From positions 25,757-89,756 of IMG/VR virus record IMGVR_UViG_3300025446_000004: 64,000 nucleotides of DNA; one strand, written 5' to 3'. The stretch's first letter is position 1. Every line of letters begins with the position of its first letter. This document shows positions 51,574-61,484 of the stretch, in pieces. This DNA is from a virus. The notes beneath the pieces are model-generated. The model had not been told where the DNA came from and made no database searches. It was given only the letters and a program-made list of their open reading frames with translations. The translations under genes and the position numbers were made by a program.

Positions 51574-52773
51574 TTATACAAACCTTTTTTCATAATACCC
51601 ACGGTCAAAGAACGGATGCCACTCAACTTGGAACCCGCATACGGACCCAACAGTGTCTTGTTTTATTCTAACAATAGAGTAGCCGACATGGGCCTGTAGA
51701 CGCCTCTTACGCATGAACAGACTTTGGTCGGTAGTACAACCACCCTGTAAAGTATGAACCTCACGCGGGTAACCATAGTTGAACTTATGATAGTGACCCA
51801 CTAGCTCAATTTGCGGCTTTTCTCCGCCCTGATACGATTCGACGCGCTTCTGATCGGTATACGAAACAGCGTATGCTGATCCGCCTCCCGGATGGACAAG
51901 GCGCATAACAGACGAGCCGCTACCAAAGGATAGACAAATATCTGCCTCACCGTAACCAAGATATTTTAAATCAGTGCGACCCGCACTTTCCGCTCTCATT
52001 TGAAGGTAACGCCCGACTTCCACGCCCTCTCTCTGCTGGTACCAACCCTCGTGGTCATCCCCGGCAATATAATGTGTAGCGATTCCAGCACGAACCGGCC
52101 AGTTATCGATTACGTAATCAACTTGGTGGTCCATTCCCGGAGCGGTCAATAGCTCTGTTTTGTTAAACCTAGCCTCTCCATCAATCCAATTTCCAGCATT
52201 ATAAACAATGGAAATTCCTTGGCGATCAAAGTCATCATAGGCCGCGTTCAATACATCAAGACGAGAGTGTCGATTACACAAGTGGTTATCGGTTGTAAAA
52301 CCAAACGTGTGAGTCCAATAACCCGTCGTGTCTCCCTTAACTTCCCCTTTTCCGGGTTCCAAAAGAACCCCGTCGCCTAAGTCATGCAAACCATTGACGG
52401 TTTTCAACAGCAATGACCCACGATCCCTCATATCGGAAATAACGGTTTCTATATGTTCCGAAGAGGCTCCTAGAGTCTCGGCTAAATCTTTTGTGGAAAT
52501 CGGGCCTCTTTTGAGCACCCTGCGAACATCCTCAAAGGTAACGTGAGGGACATTATTTGTTGAAGTTTCCCCCAACGACTTCGCACTGTGTAGACCTGCC
52601 GCCCCTAAGAATGCCTTAAAGGTGGGAAAATATCTCTGCCATTCCCCCTCAGTATACGCCCCGTTAGCCCTATAAAAATTTCTTGTAATCGTGGTGTCGT
52701 TTGGTGTAATAGTTATAAGACCTTTCAAATCTTCAATCAACGATTCTTTGGTTGGCTGTAAAGCCTTCCTCAT
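51574..52773 (-). CDS. metallophosphoesterase with N-terminal HTH
   Basis: DNH, GN, GDDHE, HP, GHYH; wHTH-like segment. Confidence 0.8.
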   Translation of the reverse strand: MRKALQPTKESLIEDLKGLITITPNDTTITRNFYRANGAYTEGEWQRYFPTFKAFLGAAGLHSAKSLGETSTNNVPHVTFEDVRRVLKRGPISTKDLAETLGASSEHIETVISDMRDRGSLLLKTVNGLHDLGDGVLLEPGKGEVKGDTTGYWTHTFGFTTDNHLCNRHSRLDVLNAAYDDFDRQGISIVYNAGNWIDGEARFNKTELLTAPGMDHQVDYVIDNWPVRAGIATHYIAGDDHEGWYQQREGVEVGRYLQMRAESAGRTDLKYLGYGEADICLSFGSGSSVMRLVHPGGGSAYAVSYTDQKRVESYQGGEKPQIELVGHYHKFNYGYPREVHTLQGGCTTDQSLFMRKRRLQAHVGYSIVRIKQDTVGSVCGFQVEWHPFFDRGYYEKRFV

Positions 52774-53295
52774 TTTTCCGGTATGCATACTCCTCCGTCT
52801 TTGTGTGGACAAATGCCATGATTTTTGGCACGACCACAATTACAATTATAACAAAGAATCTGAAATCCCGCTGGAAACCCGTTGTTTTTCAACCAACAAT
52901 AGAAAACAACTCCAGATTTCACGGTCTTTCGATGAACCGCCCCATCATTGTTAACATGGTCGATAGTTAAAAAACCAAGCATTTTTTCACCACAACAAGA
53001 ACACTGAATTACATTATTTATAGCATAGTGCTGAAATACTACTTGTTTTAATTTGGCGTACCTCTTACGCCCACTATCCGAACGACTTGCTAAGGCTAAA
53101 GCAGTATGATTATATTCGAACTGCTTTTTCTTATTTTCAGGATCAAGTCTCCAAGCAACAGCGTACTTATTTGTGCATCTTTTACACCAACTCTGCCGTA
53201 TATCACGGTTCTTGGCGCGAACGTAAAAATCATCCAACAGCTTTGGAATCTTACACTTAGTACAAACTTTTGTTATGAATTCTATTTTTCACCAT
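52770..53295 (-). pseudogene. HNH-like endonuclease, 5' end frameshifted at an A5 run
   Basis: MVK|IEFITKVCTKCK...CSCCGE...LTIDH...LCYNCN; extra A at 53285-53289; a shorter product could still be made. Confidence 0.65.
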
Positions 53296-53304
53296 CCTTT
53301 TTAT

Positions 53305-53333
53305 ACAGTAACACAAAATCCTTTAATTGTCAA
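53305..53333 (-). promoter_or_regulatory. sigma70-type promoter
   Basis: Minus strand TTGACA-17nt-TACTGT with TG. Confidence 0.7.
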
Positions 53334-53338
53334 GCTGG

Positions 53339-53740
53339 TTAGCGCCTTTTGATATTTTTACCACGCGCCTTGGTTCCCTTTTTAATCGGTCGGCTGGATT
53401 TGGCCGCCTTACGACCCTTTGCCCCGGAACGTACTGGAATCATGGCAGCCTGATATGGATTGAAAAATGCCCGAAAATCAGAGCGAAGCTCTTGAATATC
53501 CCGGCTGTGCGACGAGCACATGTTTTCAAAACCTTTTTGCAATACATCCGTTTGTTTTACAAGCTCAACCTGTGTAGTAGCAACACCCTCGTGAATCTCC
53601 TTCAAATCCTTTGATCGAATGTCCTTGAACCAATTTATAATTCTACTACCAAAAGCCAAAACTCCAAAAATGGCTACCCAAAATTTTGCAGCATCGAGAT
53701 ACGCCATTACCGTAGCCGCAGTTGGTCCTAATACAATCAT
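53339..53740 (-). CDS. single-TM protein, holin/antiholin candidate
   Basis: N-terminal TM, coiled coil, basic tail; lysis context. Confidence 0.55.
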   Translation of the reverse strand: MIVLGPTAATVMAYLDAAKFWVAIFGVLAFGSRIINWFKDIRSKDLKEIHEGVATTQVELVKQTDVLQKGFENMCSSHSRDIQELRSDFRAFFNPYQAAMIPVRSGAKGRKAAKSSRPIKKGTKARGKNIKRR

Positions 53741-54012
53741 TATTTATCTCCTTGACTATCGCCGGGAGGTTTGCCAATATTACTAAGCTTATTGGATACA
53801 TACGAAGAACTCGCCGCACCAAGAAGGGCAGTCATTCCGTAGAATTGCTCCGGAGATGGTAAACCATGCGTAAAACAAAAAAAGGCAATCATCAAACCAA
53901 TAAGAGTAAACGTCATAGAAATACCAATGATCCTACTTGCGCTTCCGTTACCATCTGGTTCAGATGACACGCTCTTGAGCCAATTTAATGCCTTGGGTAC
54001 AATTGTAAGCAT
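53740..54012 (-). CDS. two-TM holin candidate
   Basis: SE..G..SxSR followed by two TM helices. Confidence 0.6.
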   Translation of the reverse strand: MLTIVPKALNWLKSVSSEPDGNGSASRIIGISMTFTLIGLMIAFFCFTHGLPSPEQFYGMTALLGAASSSYVSNKLSNIGKPPGDSQGDK

Positions 54013-54021
54013 AACTCCCCC

Positions 54022-54426
54022 TTACAGGAAAAAACAAAGACTATTCATATTAGCTACGAGTGGATGCGCGTCGTGGTCTCCAAGAATCTTTTCTTTGAAG
54101 AAAGTAGTATCAACATTTCGAGTATCGCACCAATAAAGAGCGCCCTTGGAATAGTCTTGAGTACCTTCATAGATGCCCTCTACTTCGTGCAACAATTTAA
54201 CAAAGTCCGGTTCCCAAATAGATGGTGTTCCAGTCGGAACTTCCATTGTAGCTGCATAATTAGGAAGCCTGTCCAATACTTCGAGCAATGTTCCCCAACC
54301 AAGCCTAACACGGTTCATAATGCACGACATTATCATTGCCGCCGCACGCCAACCACCATAAGGCTTGCCTAATTTCCATCCAATCTCTACAAGTTGGCTT
54401 TTCAGGTAATCATCTTGTCTAAGTAT
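54022..54426 (-). CDS. SleB-like cell wall hydrolase-fold protein
   Basis: IMNRV..GW...D.SKGALY; frame stays open 30 codons upstream of ATG 54336 to an ATA at 54426. Confidence 0.6.
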   Translation of the reverse strand: MLRQDDYLKSQLVEIGWKLGKPYGGWRAAAMIMSCIMNRVRLGWGTLLEVLDRLPNYAATMEVPTGTPSIWEPDFVKLLHEVEGIYEGTQDYSKGALYWCDTRNVDTTFFKEKILGDHDAHPLVANMNSLCFFL

Positions 54427-54991
54427 TTGATTCCACGGTATTTATACCGCGCCTCCTGTCCCACGCCCTTTGGATTCCCGCTATACGTTTAGCTTTATTT
54501 TCTGGTGTTTCATTTTTAATAGCTAATCTAGCAGATTCCGAAGTAAACTTCGTCCCAAGTCTATTACCCATCATTCTATCACGAAGTTGTTGACGATGTA
54601 ATTCAGTTCGTATATATCCCATAGGCTTGCGGCCTTTATTAGCCGCTCCAATTTTCTTTTTAGCTTCCTCTGAACATGGTATACCAAGTCGTCCAATGTC
54701 ACCGCCGGGCCATACATTATAACCTAATTTTGGATTCCTACTATCTAGCAATAGAATCCAAATACGTTCAAGATTGCCAAGTTCTTCTCGACCATTAGGT
54801 ACCGCAAGAATGTCCACTGAAAAGTTATCTATACCATATTTCGCCATAGCGCGAACAATGGGCATAGGATAGTTCTTTCTATGACGTGCCGCCCAACGTT
54901 TAACACTCAAATAACGATTCAAGTTTATGCTTACCGTCTTGCCAACATAATACTTACCGTTGATCTTATTGTACAGTAGGTAAACAAACAT
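54419..54991 (-). CDS. GIY-YIG homing endonuclease with NUMOD3
   Basis: FVY...NGKYYVGKT...R...E...GYN; SEEAKKKI. Confidence 0.9.
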   Translation of the reverse strand: MFVYLLYNKINGKYYVGKTVSINLNRYLSVKRWAARHRKNYPMPIVRAMAKYGIDNFSVDILAVPNGREELGNLERIWILLLDSRNPKLGYNVWPGGDIGRLGIPCSEEAKKKIGAANKGRKPMGYIRTELHRQQLRDRMMGNRLGTKFTSESARLAIKNETPENKAKRIAGIQRAWDRRRGINTVESNT

Positions 54992-54993
54992 TA

Positions 54994-57243
54994 TTACTTA
55001 CCACCCAATGTCGATCCCAAACCGCCATAAACTTTTTGTTCGGCTGCTTTCTTTTCAGGGGAAGGCTGAGCTTCCAATTGATTTTGTTCGCCGGGCATTG
55101 GTTCACCCTGCACAGCTTCAACAACTTTACCGGCACCATATCTCATGGCACCAGCCACTACTTTTCCAGTAGGACTTGTAGCCGCACGACCAAAACGTTC
55201 CCACATAGCCCATGTCTTAGGATGCAAAGCAATCCAGTCTAACAATACGCGGCCTTTAGCAATGCCGCCCATACCGCCGCCTTCACCAGCAACCATGCCC
55301 ACCAATGTACCAAGACCAACGTGCGGGAAAGCACCACCAAGAGCGCCAACACCGCTCAAAACACCGGCACGGGTAAATTTCTGCAAAATCGCAGTGGATT
55401 GGGCATCGTTCTTCAATGCCTCTAATCCATTCCTTGCGTCGGCCCAATCAAACAATTGATCCGCTGTCTGTGAATCAAATCTTTGCAGCGTATTGAAAAA
55501 TCTATCAGGATTGATTGCACCGTTTGGTTCTGTGCTGTCACGTAAAACTGTTCCGAACACTTGCCTACCAAATGCATGAACACCATCATCCCCTATGATT
55601 GTTCGCAAGTCACGAATGTTCTTCATGGCCCGGCCTGTAGTTGGCGAAGCTACGCCCTCACGGGTAAGTGTGAGAAATCCCTTCGCAGCATCATCGACCT
55701 TACCGGCCATCAAATCATCAATAACCTTATTATTCTCGAATACATCGTGCTTAGCCATGTAGGTTTGTCGCATCTGTCTGTAATCATTAACAAGTTGGTT
55801 ATCACCAAACTGTCCGGCAAGTTGGCCTAATGTCTCGTCCATCGGAGATACTCTATCTCCAAAGCTACTAATCAATCCACGAAGGGTACGAGAATTAATG
55901 TTTCCGTAATCAAATTCTTCTGATAACTTACGAATCTTCTGACGAAACCGTACAAGCTCTTGACCAGTAAATTCATGCGGAACAGGTGTAGTCGGCTGCT
56001 CTGGCATGTGTGTTACAGGGCGGCCTTGAGCATCGGTCAATGGTTGTCCATTAACACCAAGTGTAGGTTCCGGGTGTCTCGCCGCTCTCAATGCCGTTTC
56101 ATAGGCTTTCTGATCATCTGCACTTACACCAGTAGAAAGCTCAGTAAGCAATTCCCTAGTCCTTGGATCGAGACCTTCGCCTATCTTTTTATCTAAAGAC
56201 GCCTCAAGAGAGCTAACACCGGGACCGGGAACATGCAAAGCTTCTGCGGCTGCCTCGGCAAGTGGTGTATGCGTGCTAAGAATTGTATGGCCTTGTGTAC
56301 GGTCGGCAATATTTTGAAATCCTGCTTCGTACTCATCGTGCATTTGCTGCTCAGCACTTTTGAGAGTACCCTGAATACCAGTAGCAACCTGTTCTTTTGT
56401 TGCCGCATTACCTGCTGCTTGTTTGAGTCTGCCATATCTCGTGGCAGTCCCGCCCATGTTCTCCCCAACCTCACTGGCAGCCTCAGTTGCCGTAGAAAGA
56501 GGGAGAGCAACCGCCCCGGTTTTCCATGCATCATTCCATGCTTGCTTGAAATCCCCGCCGCTCTTTAGAAATGTCTGTAAACCGGCCACTGTACCGGCTT
56601 GCACTGAACTTACACCGGCACGCTCAAGAACTTTTGAAACAGCGGCCCCAATACGTGCAATGTTCATAGTACGAGGAGATTCTTGAAGAATCTTTGTAAT
56701 CTTAGATACAGCCGACAATCTTTCGGCAAGGCCAAGCTTGGCAAATGCAGGTTCGGCGGCAAGGAATTCCATAAGGCTTTCCCCACCGTAACCAAAAACC
56801 TTAGCCATTGGTCCGCCCATTGGCTCTGTTTCGCGCTGCGTTCCAGACTCAATGGCGTTGGCTATGTTCTCTCTAGTACCTTGTGGTATGGCTTCCGCTA
56901 GCGGCTGACCATAAACAGCGGGGTGCTTAAGCATACCCTCAGCAGTGCCAGTAACAGTTCTCATAGCAGAGGCACCAAAATTAGATAGTGCATTAGGAAT
57001 AAAGTTTACGGCCTCTTTAGCCATACCACCTACTCCTAACAACCCATTCTTTTCTTCCGTTGTCTCGGGTATAATGTCGGCATTATGGGTAGTATCTTCC
57101 TCACCGCCGTCAACACCAGCACCCCCACCAAAAGCAACCGTTGGCGTAGCTATCACGCCTTGATTCGGTGCCATCGCCTGTGAAGGCATACTACCAAATC
57201 GTGCCGTTGGTGTCGCACTTATGTTATTTTGACCATCAGCCAT
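54994..57243 (-). CDS. large internal virion/ejection protein
   Basis: 749 aa, Ala/Gly-rich helical with hydrophobic C-terminal segments; follows the SLT protein. Confidence 0.65.
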   Translation of the reverse strand: MADGQNNISATPTARFGSMPSQAMAPNQGVIATPTVAFGGGAGVDGGEEDTTHNADIIPETTEEKNGLLGVGGMAKEAVNFIPNALSNFGASAMRTVTGTAEGMLKHPAVYGQPLAEAIPQGTRENIANAIESGTQRETEPMGGPMAKVFGYGGESLMEFLAAEPAFAKLGLAERLSAVSKITKILQESPRTMNIARIGAAVSKVLERAGVSSVQAGTVAGLQTFLKSGGDFKQAWNDAWKTGAVALPLSTATEAASEVGENMGGTATRYGRLKQAAGNAATKEQVATGIQGTLKSAEQQMHDEYEAGFQNIADRTQGHTILSTHTPLAEAAAEALHVPGPGVSSLEASLDKKIGEGLDPRTRELLTELSTGVSADDQKAYETALRAARHPEPTLGVNGQPLTDAQGRPVTHMPEQPTTPVPHEFTGQELVRFRQKIRKLSEEFDYGNINSRTLRGLISSFGDRVSPMDETLGQLAGQFGDNQLVNDYRQMRQTYMAKHDVFENNKVIDDLMAGKVDDAAKGFLTLTREGVASPTTGRAMKNIRDLRTIIGDDGVHAFGRQVFGTVLRDSTEPNGAINPDRFFNTLQRFDSQTADQLFDWADARNGLEALKNDAQSTAILQKFTRAGVLSGVGALGGAFPHVGLGTLVGMVAGEGGGMGGIAKGRVLLDWIALHPKTWAMWERFGRAATSPTGKVVAGAMRYGAGKVVEAVQGEPMPGEQNQLEAQPSPEKKAAEQKVYGGLGSTLGGK

Positions 57244-57246
57244 TAT

Positions 57247-60174
57247 TTACCTACTAATAGGGGTATAAGTTCCATTTTGCAACGTTCCGGTAAATTTAGC
57301 AACTGGCTTGCGAGAAATTTCATCGTACACCGTACCATCCGGCGCAAGCCACCCACTAGCCCCATTACTGAAATTCATGTGAACCGCATTTGGAGCCGGA
57401 GGTTGAGTAAACTGCGAAACTGTTATTCCCGGATTTCCTTTATACGTTGAAGCGCCGACGAACGACCCACCAACATCCATGTCTGCGAGTTTACCGGCAA
57501 CTTCTGGGAATACCAACAAAGTCCGTGCCGCTCTTTGGCTAATCAGACCGGGTATATTACTACCGGTCAACCTTCTCCATCCCTCATTAACCTCACCCAT
57601 TCTATCAGCAGCCGTCAGAGCAAATCGCTTCAGATTCTCTTGAAGCTGAGACAAAGAGAAGTGCATATCCATTAAATCATCACCGGATTTTCTATCCTGA
57701 TCCGTAAGGGCATGACTGTTAATCAAGAAGGTCATAAACTCTTTCTTAACCGGCTCTATAGCTGCCATAGTTTCGGTTACAGCAGGGTTGCCTACCTCTT
57801 CTTTCATCTTGTTCAATGGTTTATTGATGAATTGAAGATTAGTATTTCTAAGCGCGTTAACCTGAGTGAACGCATCGCCAATGTGATCCAACAAGGTATT
57901 AAACGAACGAATCTGTTGATAATCAGGACTGTTCGCACTAACAAGGTCTTTCCTTTTCGTCACGATATTGTTGAAATCAAGCTCACTAAAATTCGGGTTG
58001 ATGTATCTTGTTCCGTATTGAATAGCTTCATCACGACGCATCGCATTAGGATCGCCCTTTGCCCACTTCCTATTGGCAAAGTCCGCATCCCCTACTTGAT
58101 AATTCGTAACTTTATATAAAGCATCAAAGTTCTCAGGTACGGTTACCCCCATTGACTGCAACTTTGCCGCAAGTTGGTCAGGAGGAAGATTAGCCATGTC
58201 AGGAGTAAACTTGAAGTCAGCCGGGCCACGAAGCATGGTTTCCATGTTTTCAGAAGATTGCTCGTCACTGATTTGCTTGTTCTCACCTTTTTCTTGAGCA
58301 GCCGCAATTTCTACATCTGCCTTACGGCGAGCCTCGTTCTGAGCCTCAGCCTCATCGGCACTTTGCAAAGCATCGCTACCCCCTAACAATTTTAGGATTC
58401 TTTGAGCAGCAGCAGGATTCTTTGCCGCTAACTCTCCATAGGCTCGTTGATAACTCACAACACCATTGTTTGCATTGGCAGTAGCATTGAGTAGATTTGT
58501 GAGCTTCTGCCAAGCATCTGCCATCATTGGGTCTGTCTTAATTGCATCCAACAACTTAGGAACTGGGTATTGTTCTGCGTTTGCAGGAGCATTGAGATCA
58601 ACACCAATCATATTAGCATATTCTTTAACCGCACCACGTCCCTTGGGTCCAAGATGCTTCAAAATATCTTGAATGCTGGCATTTGGATCAACCTTGTTCT
58701 CACCGGACTGATACGCAGCATAAGCCTTTATAGGGTCACCATCATATCTATCTAGTAACTCTCTAAACTTCTGCATCGTAGCGCCCAAATTTTGATCTAC
58801 ATTAAATGGGTCAGTTATATGATACTTGGCTATAGTAGCGGGCATAAGCTGTCCTAATCCTAACGCTTGCCCACTAGGAGTGTTTTCTCCTTGTGCTCGT
58901 GGATTGCCATTTGACTCTTTCATAATCAAACCACGAGCAACAGCATTGGGTACACCATATTGCTTGGCATACTTATCAACTTTGTCCTGAATACCCAAAC
59001 TAACACCAGCATTGGGAATAGTTGGGGTCGCAGTTGGAGCCTTTGCCCCACCACCACCACCACCACCACCACTGTTAACCAAATCGTAATAATGGTTTAC
59101 ATCATTTTGACCAAGATCGATAGCCGCGAGTTGCGCCTTACAATTGAGATAGAAACTAATCGTTGTGGCAACATCCTCTGGCGGTTGACCATTTTTTCCG
59201 GCTGCCATAAGAGCTTTTGCCCACGGTAAACCATAATCACTAGCCTTCTTAATTTCATCGGGTGTGAATAAAGTAGACTTATAGTTTGGATCAACCACAA
59301 GATACTCCATCTGTGAAATTTTCACACCATTGCGCTCAACTTGTTTGCCGGTAGTCGGATCAATAAGAGGAACCACTTTATATGGAATAGCTGTATCCTT
59401 AGTCACGTGATATTTTGCCATATCCTGCTCAGTGACCACTCCCTTGACAATCTGCGGAGCGTTATCCTGTATATTTTTAATAGCATCGGTAAACTGCCCA
59501 ACATAGGTTTCGTTCTGCTCTACACCCATTCTTCCGGCTTGTAAAGCATTGTTATACAATCTCAAGTTGGTTTCGAGTACTTGATAGTGACGCGCATAAT
59601 TGGCCTCACCCTCAGCCTTGGCAGTTTTATCCTTCTCTGCAACTTGTTGCTCCCCTTGCTGGAAAGCCTTCTCACCGCCCACAAATGCCGATCCGGGGCC
59701 ACGCTGAGCCATGCCTGTAAGAGAACCACTCACCGCCTCAAGAGCGATAGCAAGGGCAATATCACCCCGTTTCATAGGAACTGGCTCTTTAGTCATATCG
59801 CCTGTGTTGGGGTCTATGGTATAATTATATCGGGGACCACCAGCAAGCGTCTCGGCTATCGAGCGAAGAACACCGGCCCTTTGAATAGAAGGATGCTGTG
59901 TCGCCGCGCCCTGTAGGGCCGGTGGCACGCCCGTGGGTGCTGTACCGGGCTGTTTAGCCGTACTTGTAGCACCAGCGCCCTGTGGAGCAACTGGGGTGGC
60001 AACGTTGGCCGGTCCCTGCACCGAAGACTGGGCAGATAGCGGTTGCTGTGGAGAAACAACCGTAGCCTGATTGGGTTGCTGTACAGAAGAGGTTGTGTTG
60101 TCCACCGGAGGATTCTGTTGCTGAACATCTTGCGAGTTGCTTGCGTCAGCACTATTTGGAATCATGTTTGACAT
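57247..60174 (-). CDS. internal virion protein with lytic transglycosylase (SLT) domain
   Basis: AKQYGVP...KESNGNP...GLGQLMPAT...AYQSG. Confidence 0.85.
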   Translation of the reverse strand: MSNMIPNSADASNSQDVQQQNPPVDNTTSSVQQPNQATVVSPQQPLSAQSSVQGPANVATPVAPQGAGATSTAKQPGTAPTGVPPALQGAATQHPSIQRAGVLRSIAETLAGGPRYNYTIDPNTGDMTKEPVPMKRGDIALAIALEAVSGSLTGMAQRGPGSAFVGGEKAFQQGEQQVAEKDKTAKAEGEANYARHYQVLETNLRLYNNALQAGRMGVEQNETYVGQFTDAIKNIQDNAPQIVKGVVTEQDMAKYHVTKDTAIPYKVVPLIDPTTGKQVERNGVKISQMEYLVVDPNYKSTLFTPDEIKKASDYGLPWAKALMAAGKNGQPPEDVATTISFYLNCKAQLAAIDLGQNDVNHYYDLVNSGGGGGGGGAKAPTATPTIPNAGVSLGIQDKVDKYAKQYGVPNAVARGLIMKESNGNPRAQGENTPSGQALGLGQLMPATIAKYHITDPFNVDQNLGATMQKFRELLDRYDGDPIKAYAAYQSGENKVDPNASIQDILKHLGPKGRGAVKEYANMIGVDLNAPANAEQYPVPKLLDAIKTDPMMADAWQKLTNLLNATANANNGVVSYQRAYGELAAKNPAAAQRILKLLGGSDALQSADEAEAQNEARRKADVEIAAAQEKGENKQISDEQSSENMETMLRGPADFKFTPDMANLPPDQLAAKLQSMGVTVPENFDALYKVTNYQVGDADFANRKWAKGDPNAMRRDEAIQYGTRYINPNFSELDFNNIVTKRKDLVSANSPDYQQIRSFNTLLDHIGDAFTQVNALRNTNLQFINKPLNKMKEEVGNPAVTETMAAIEPVKKEFMTFLINSHALTDQDRKSGDDLMDMHFSLSQLQENLKRFALTAADRMGEVNEGWRRLTGSNIPGLISQRAARTLLVFPEVAGKLADMDVGGSFVGASTYKGNPGITVSQFTQPPAPNAVHMNFSNGASGWLAPDGTVYDEISRKPVAKFTGTLQNGTYTPISR

Positions 60175-60192
60175 TTTTATCCTTGATTACCG

Positions 60193-61008
60193 TTATTCTG
60201 AGTCAGAAGTATCATCGGGGCTGTAGTTTCCAGAGCCAATTGGGGTTATATCACCACCACTGGGAGAACTAGCACCGCCCCCCGTTCTTCCGGGCATCTT
60301 AAGCATCCCACCCGTAGCCGCACCAGCAACACTACCAAGTGCCCCAATCGCAGCGTTAACCCAAGAATTCTGATTTTGTGCTACTTCATTGGCCGTCTTG
60401 GCAGCCTCACCAAACGCACTTGTTCCTGCATTTGCCGCACTAGTGGCGGGGTTAAAGACTTCGGTGGAACCTTCTTCCCCTTTAATAGCCTCGTTATACT
60501 CCTGCCGACCAACATCATATCCCTGTGCCTGAACCTTGTTCAACTCTGCTGCTGTGTTCTGCGCTATATCGGCAGCAGCGTTAGCCCCCTCAACCGTAGT
60601 TGCGCCAGCCGTCAAACCGGTGTTTCCACCACCCTGCGCCGCATTGGCGTTTCCAATCGCAGACTTAGCGTTAGCAGCCGCTTGAGCGCCTGTCGTAATA
60701 ACTCCGGCCTGACGGGCGGCCAACTCGCCAGCAGAGTACCCCATTTGGTTTGGACCCTTAGAAATCGTTGGCAAAAACGTGGACTGCAATGCGCTGAACA
60801 CACCAGAAGCCTTACCAAAAATACTTCCAGCTTGGGCGGCAACCTGCGTAGCGAATCCGGTCTGTTGGCCAAGAATTTGATTTTGAGCAGCAGTAGCCCC
60901 GCAAACGTGATCGATTGGTCCATTATAAATATACGAATCTTCATATACTTTAATGTATTGTCCAAGTTCTTCGGACCATTGCAACACCAATTTTCTGTAT
61001 ATCTTCAT
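60193..61008 (-). CDS. Ala/Gly/Gln-rich ejection (pilot-like) protein
   Basis: Composition and position before larger ejection proteins. Confidence 0.6.
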   Translation of the reverse strand: MKIYRKLVLQWSEELGQYIKVYEDSYIYNGPIDHVCGATAAQNQILGQQTGFATQVAAQAGSIFGKASGVFSALQSTFLPTISKGPNQMGYSAGELAARQAGVITTGAQAAANAKSAIGNANAAQGGGNTGLTAGATTVEGANAAADIAQNTAAELNKVQAQGYDVGRQEYNEAIKGEEGSTEVFNPATSAANAGTSAFGEAAKTANEVAQNQNSWVNAAIGALGSVAGAATGGMLKMPGRTGGGASSPSGGDITPIGSGNYSPDDTSDSE

Positions 61009-61009
61009 A

Positions 61010-61393
61010 TTAAATCAGCTTCCTTAGCTCGTTTCCACTTTCCACAAAACCAAACGTTTTAACGCAAAAATTCTTAAGGGATTCGTTTTTAGTGTTGAAA
61101 ATGATTTCCGTAAATCCACTCTCCTTGGCTTTGTTGACTAGCCCCGAAAAACCACCAAGCATTGCATGAAAGTTTCGCCGCCGATCACCATTATCAACAA
61201 ACTGAATGTCGATTCTGAGTGCCTTGGAAACTCTAGCGAAAAGAATAGGACCGGCCTCATCGCTATACACGGTACACTGTGTTTCCGGTGCCACAAAGAA
61301 TTCAGGGCCGGTTTCTTTGTGGTACGCATCTCTTGCAAGACTGATAGTAAGAAGTGCCTCATCCCCGGCCTCAATTGTTCGTTCAGTAATCAT
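61010..61393 (-). CDS. GNAT-fold-like virion assembly protein
   Basis: AKESGFTEIIF...FC.KTFGF; typical position before podoviral ejection genes. Confidence 0.55.
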   Translation of the reverse strand: MITERTIEAGDEALLTISLARDAYHKETGPEFFVAPETQCTVYSDEAGPILFARVSKALRIDIQFVDNGDRRRNFHAMLGGFSGLVNKAKESGFTEIIFNTKNESLKNFCVKTFGFVESGNELRKLI

Positions 61394-61484
61394 TAGCTGG
61401 CCTCATTATGTTTATGATATACCATATAACGCGGCAGTGGTACCAATTGTAAAGTTACCACCGCTGTTTAGGAACAACTTAAAA

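Noticed and set aside
8237-61062. Long antisense ORFs (e.g. 8237-8848, 36976-37443, 48971-49417, 57712-58119, 60376-61062)
   Set aside because: Shadows of genes on the opposite strand or of terminator regions; no motifs or RBS
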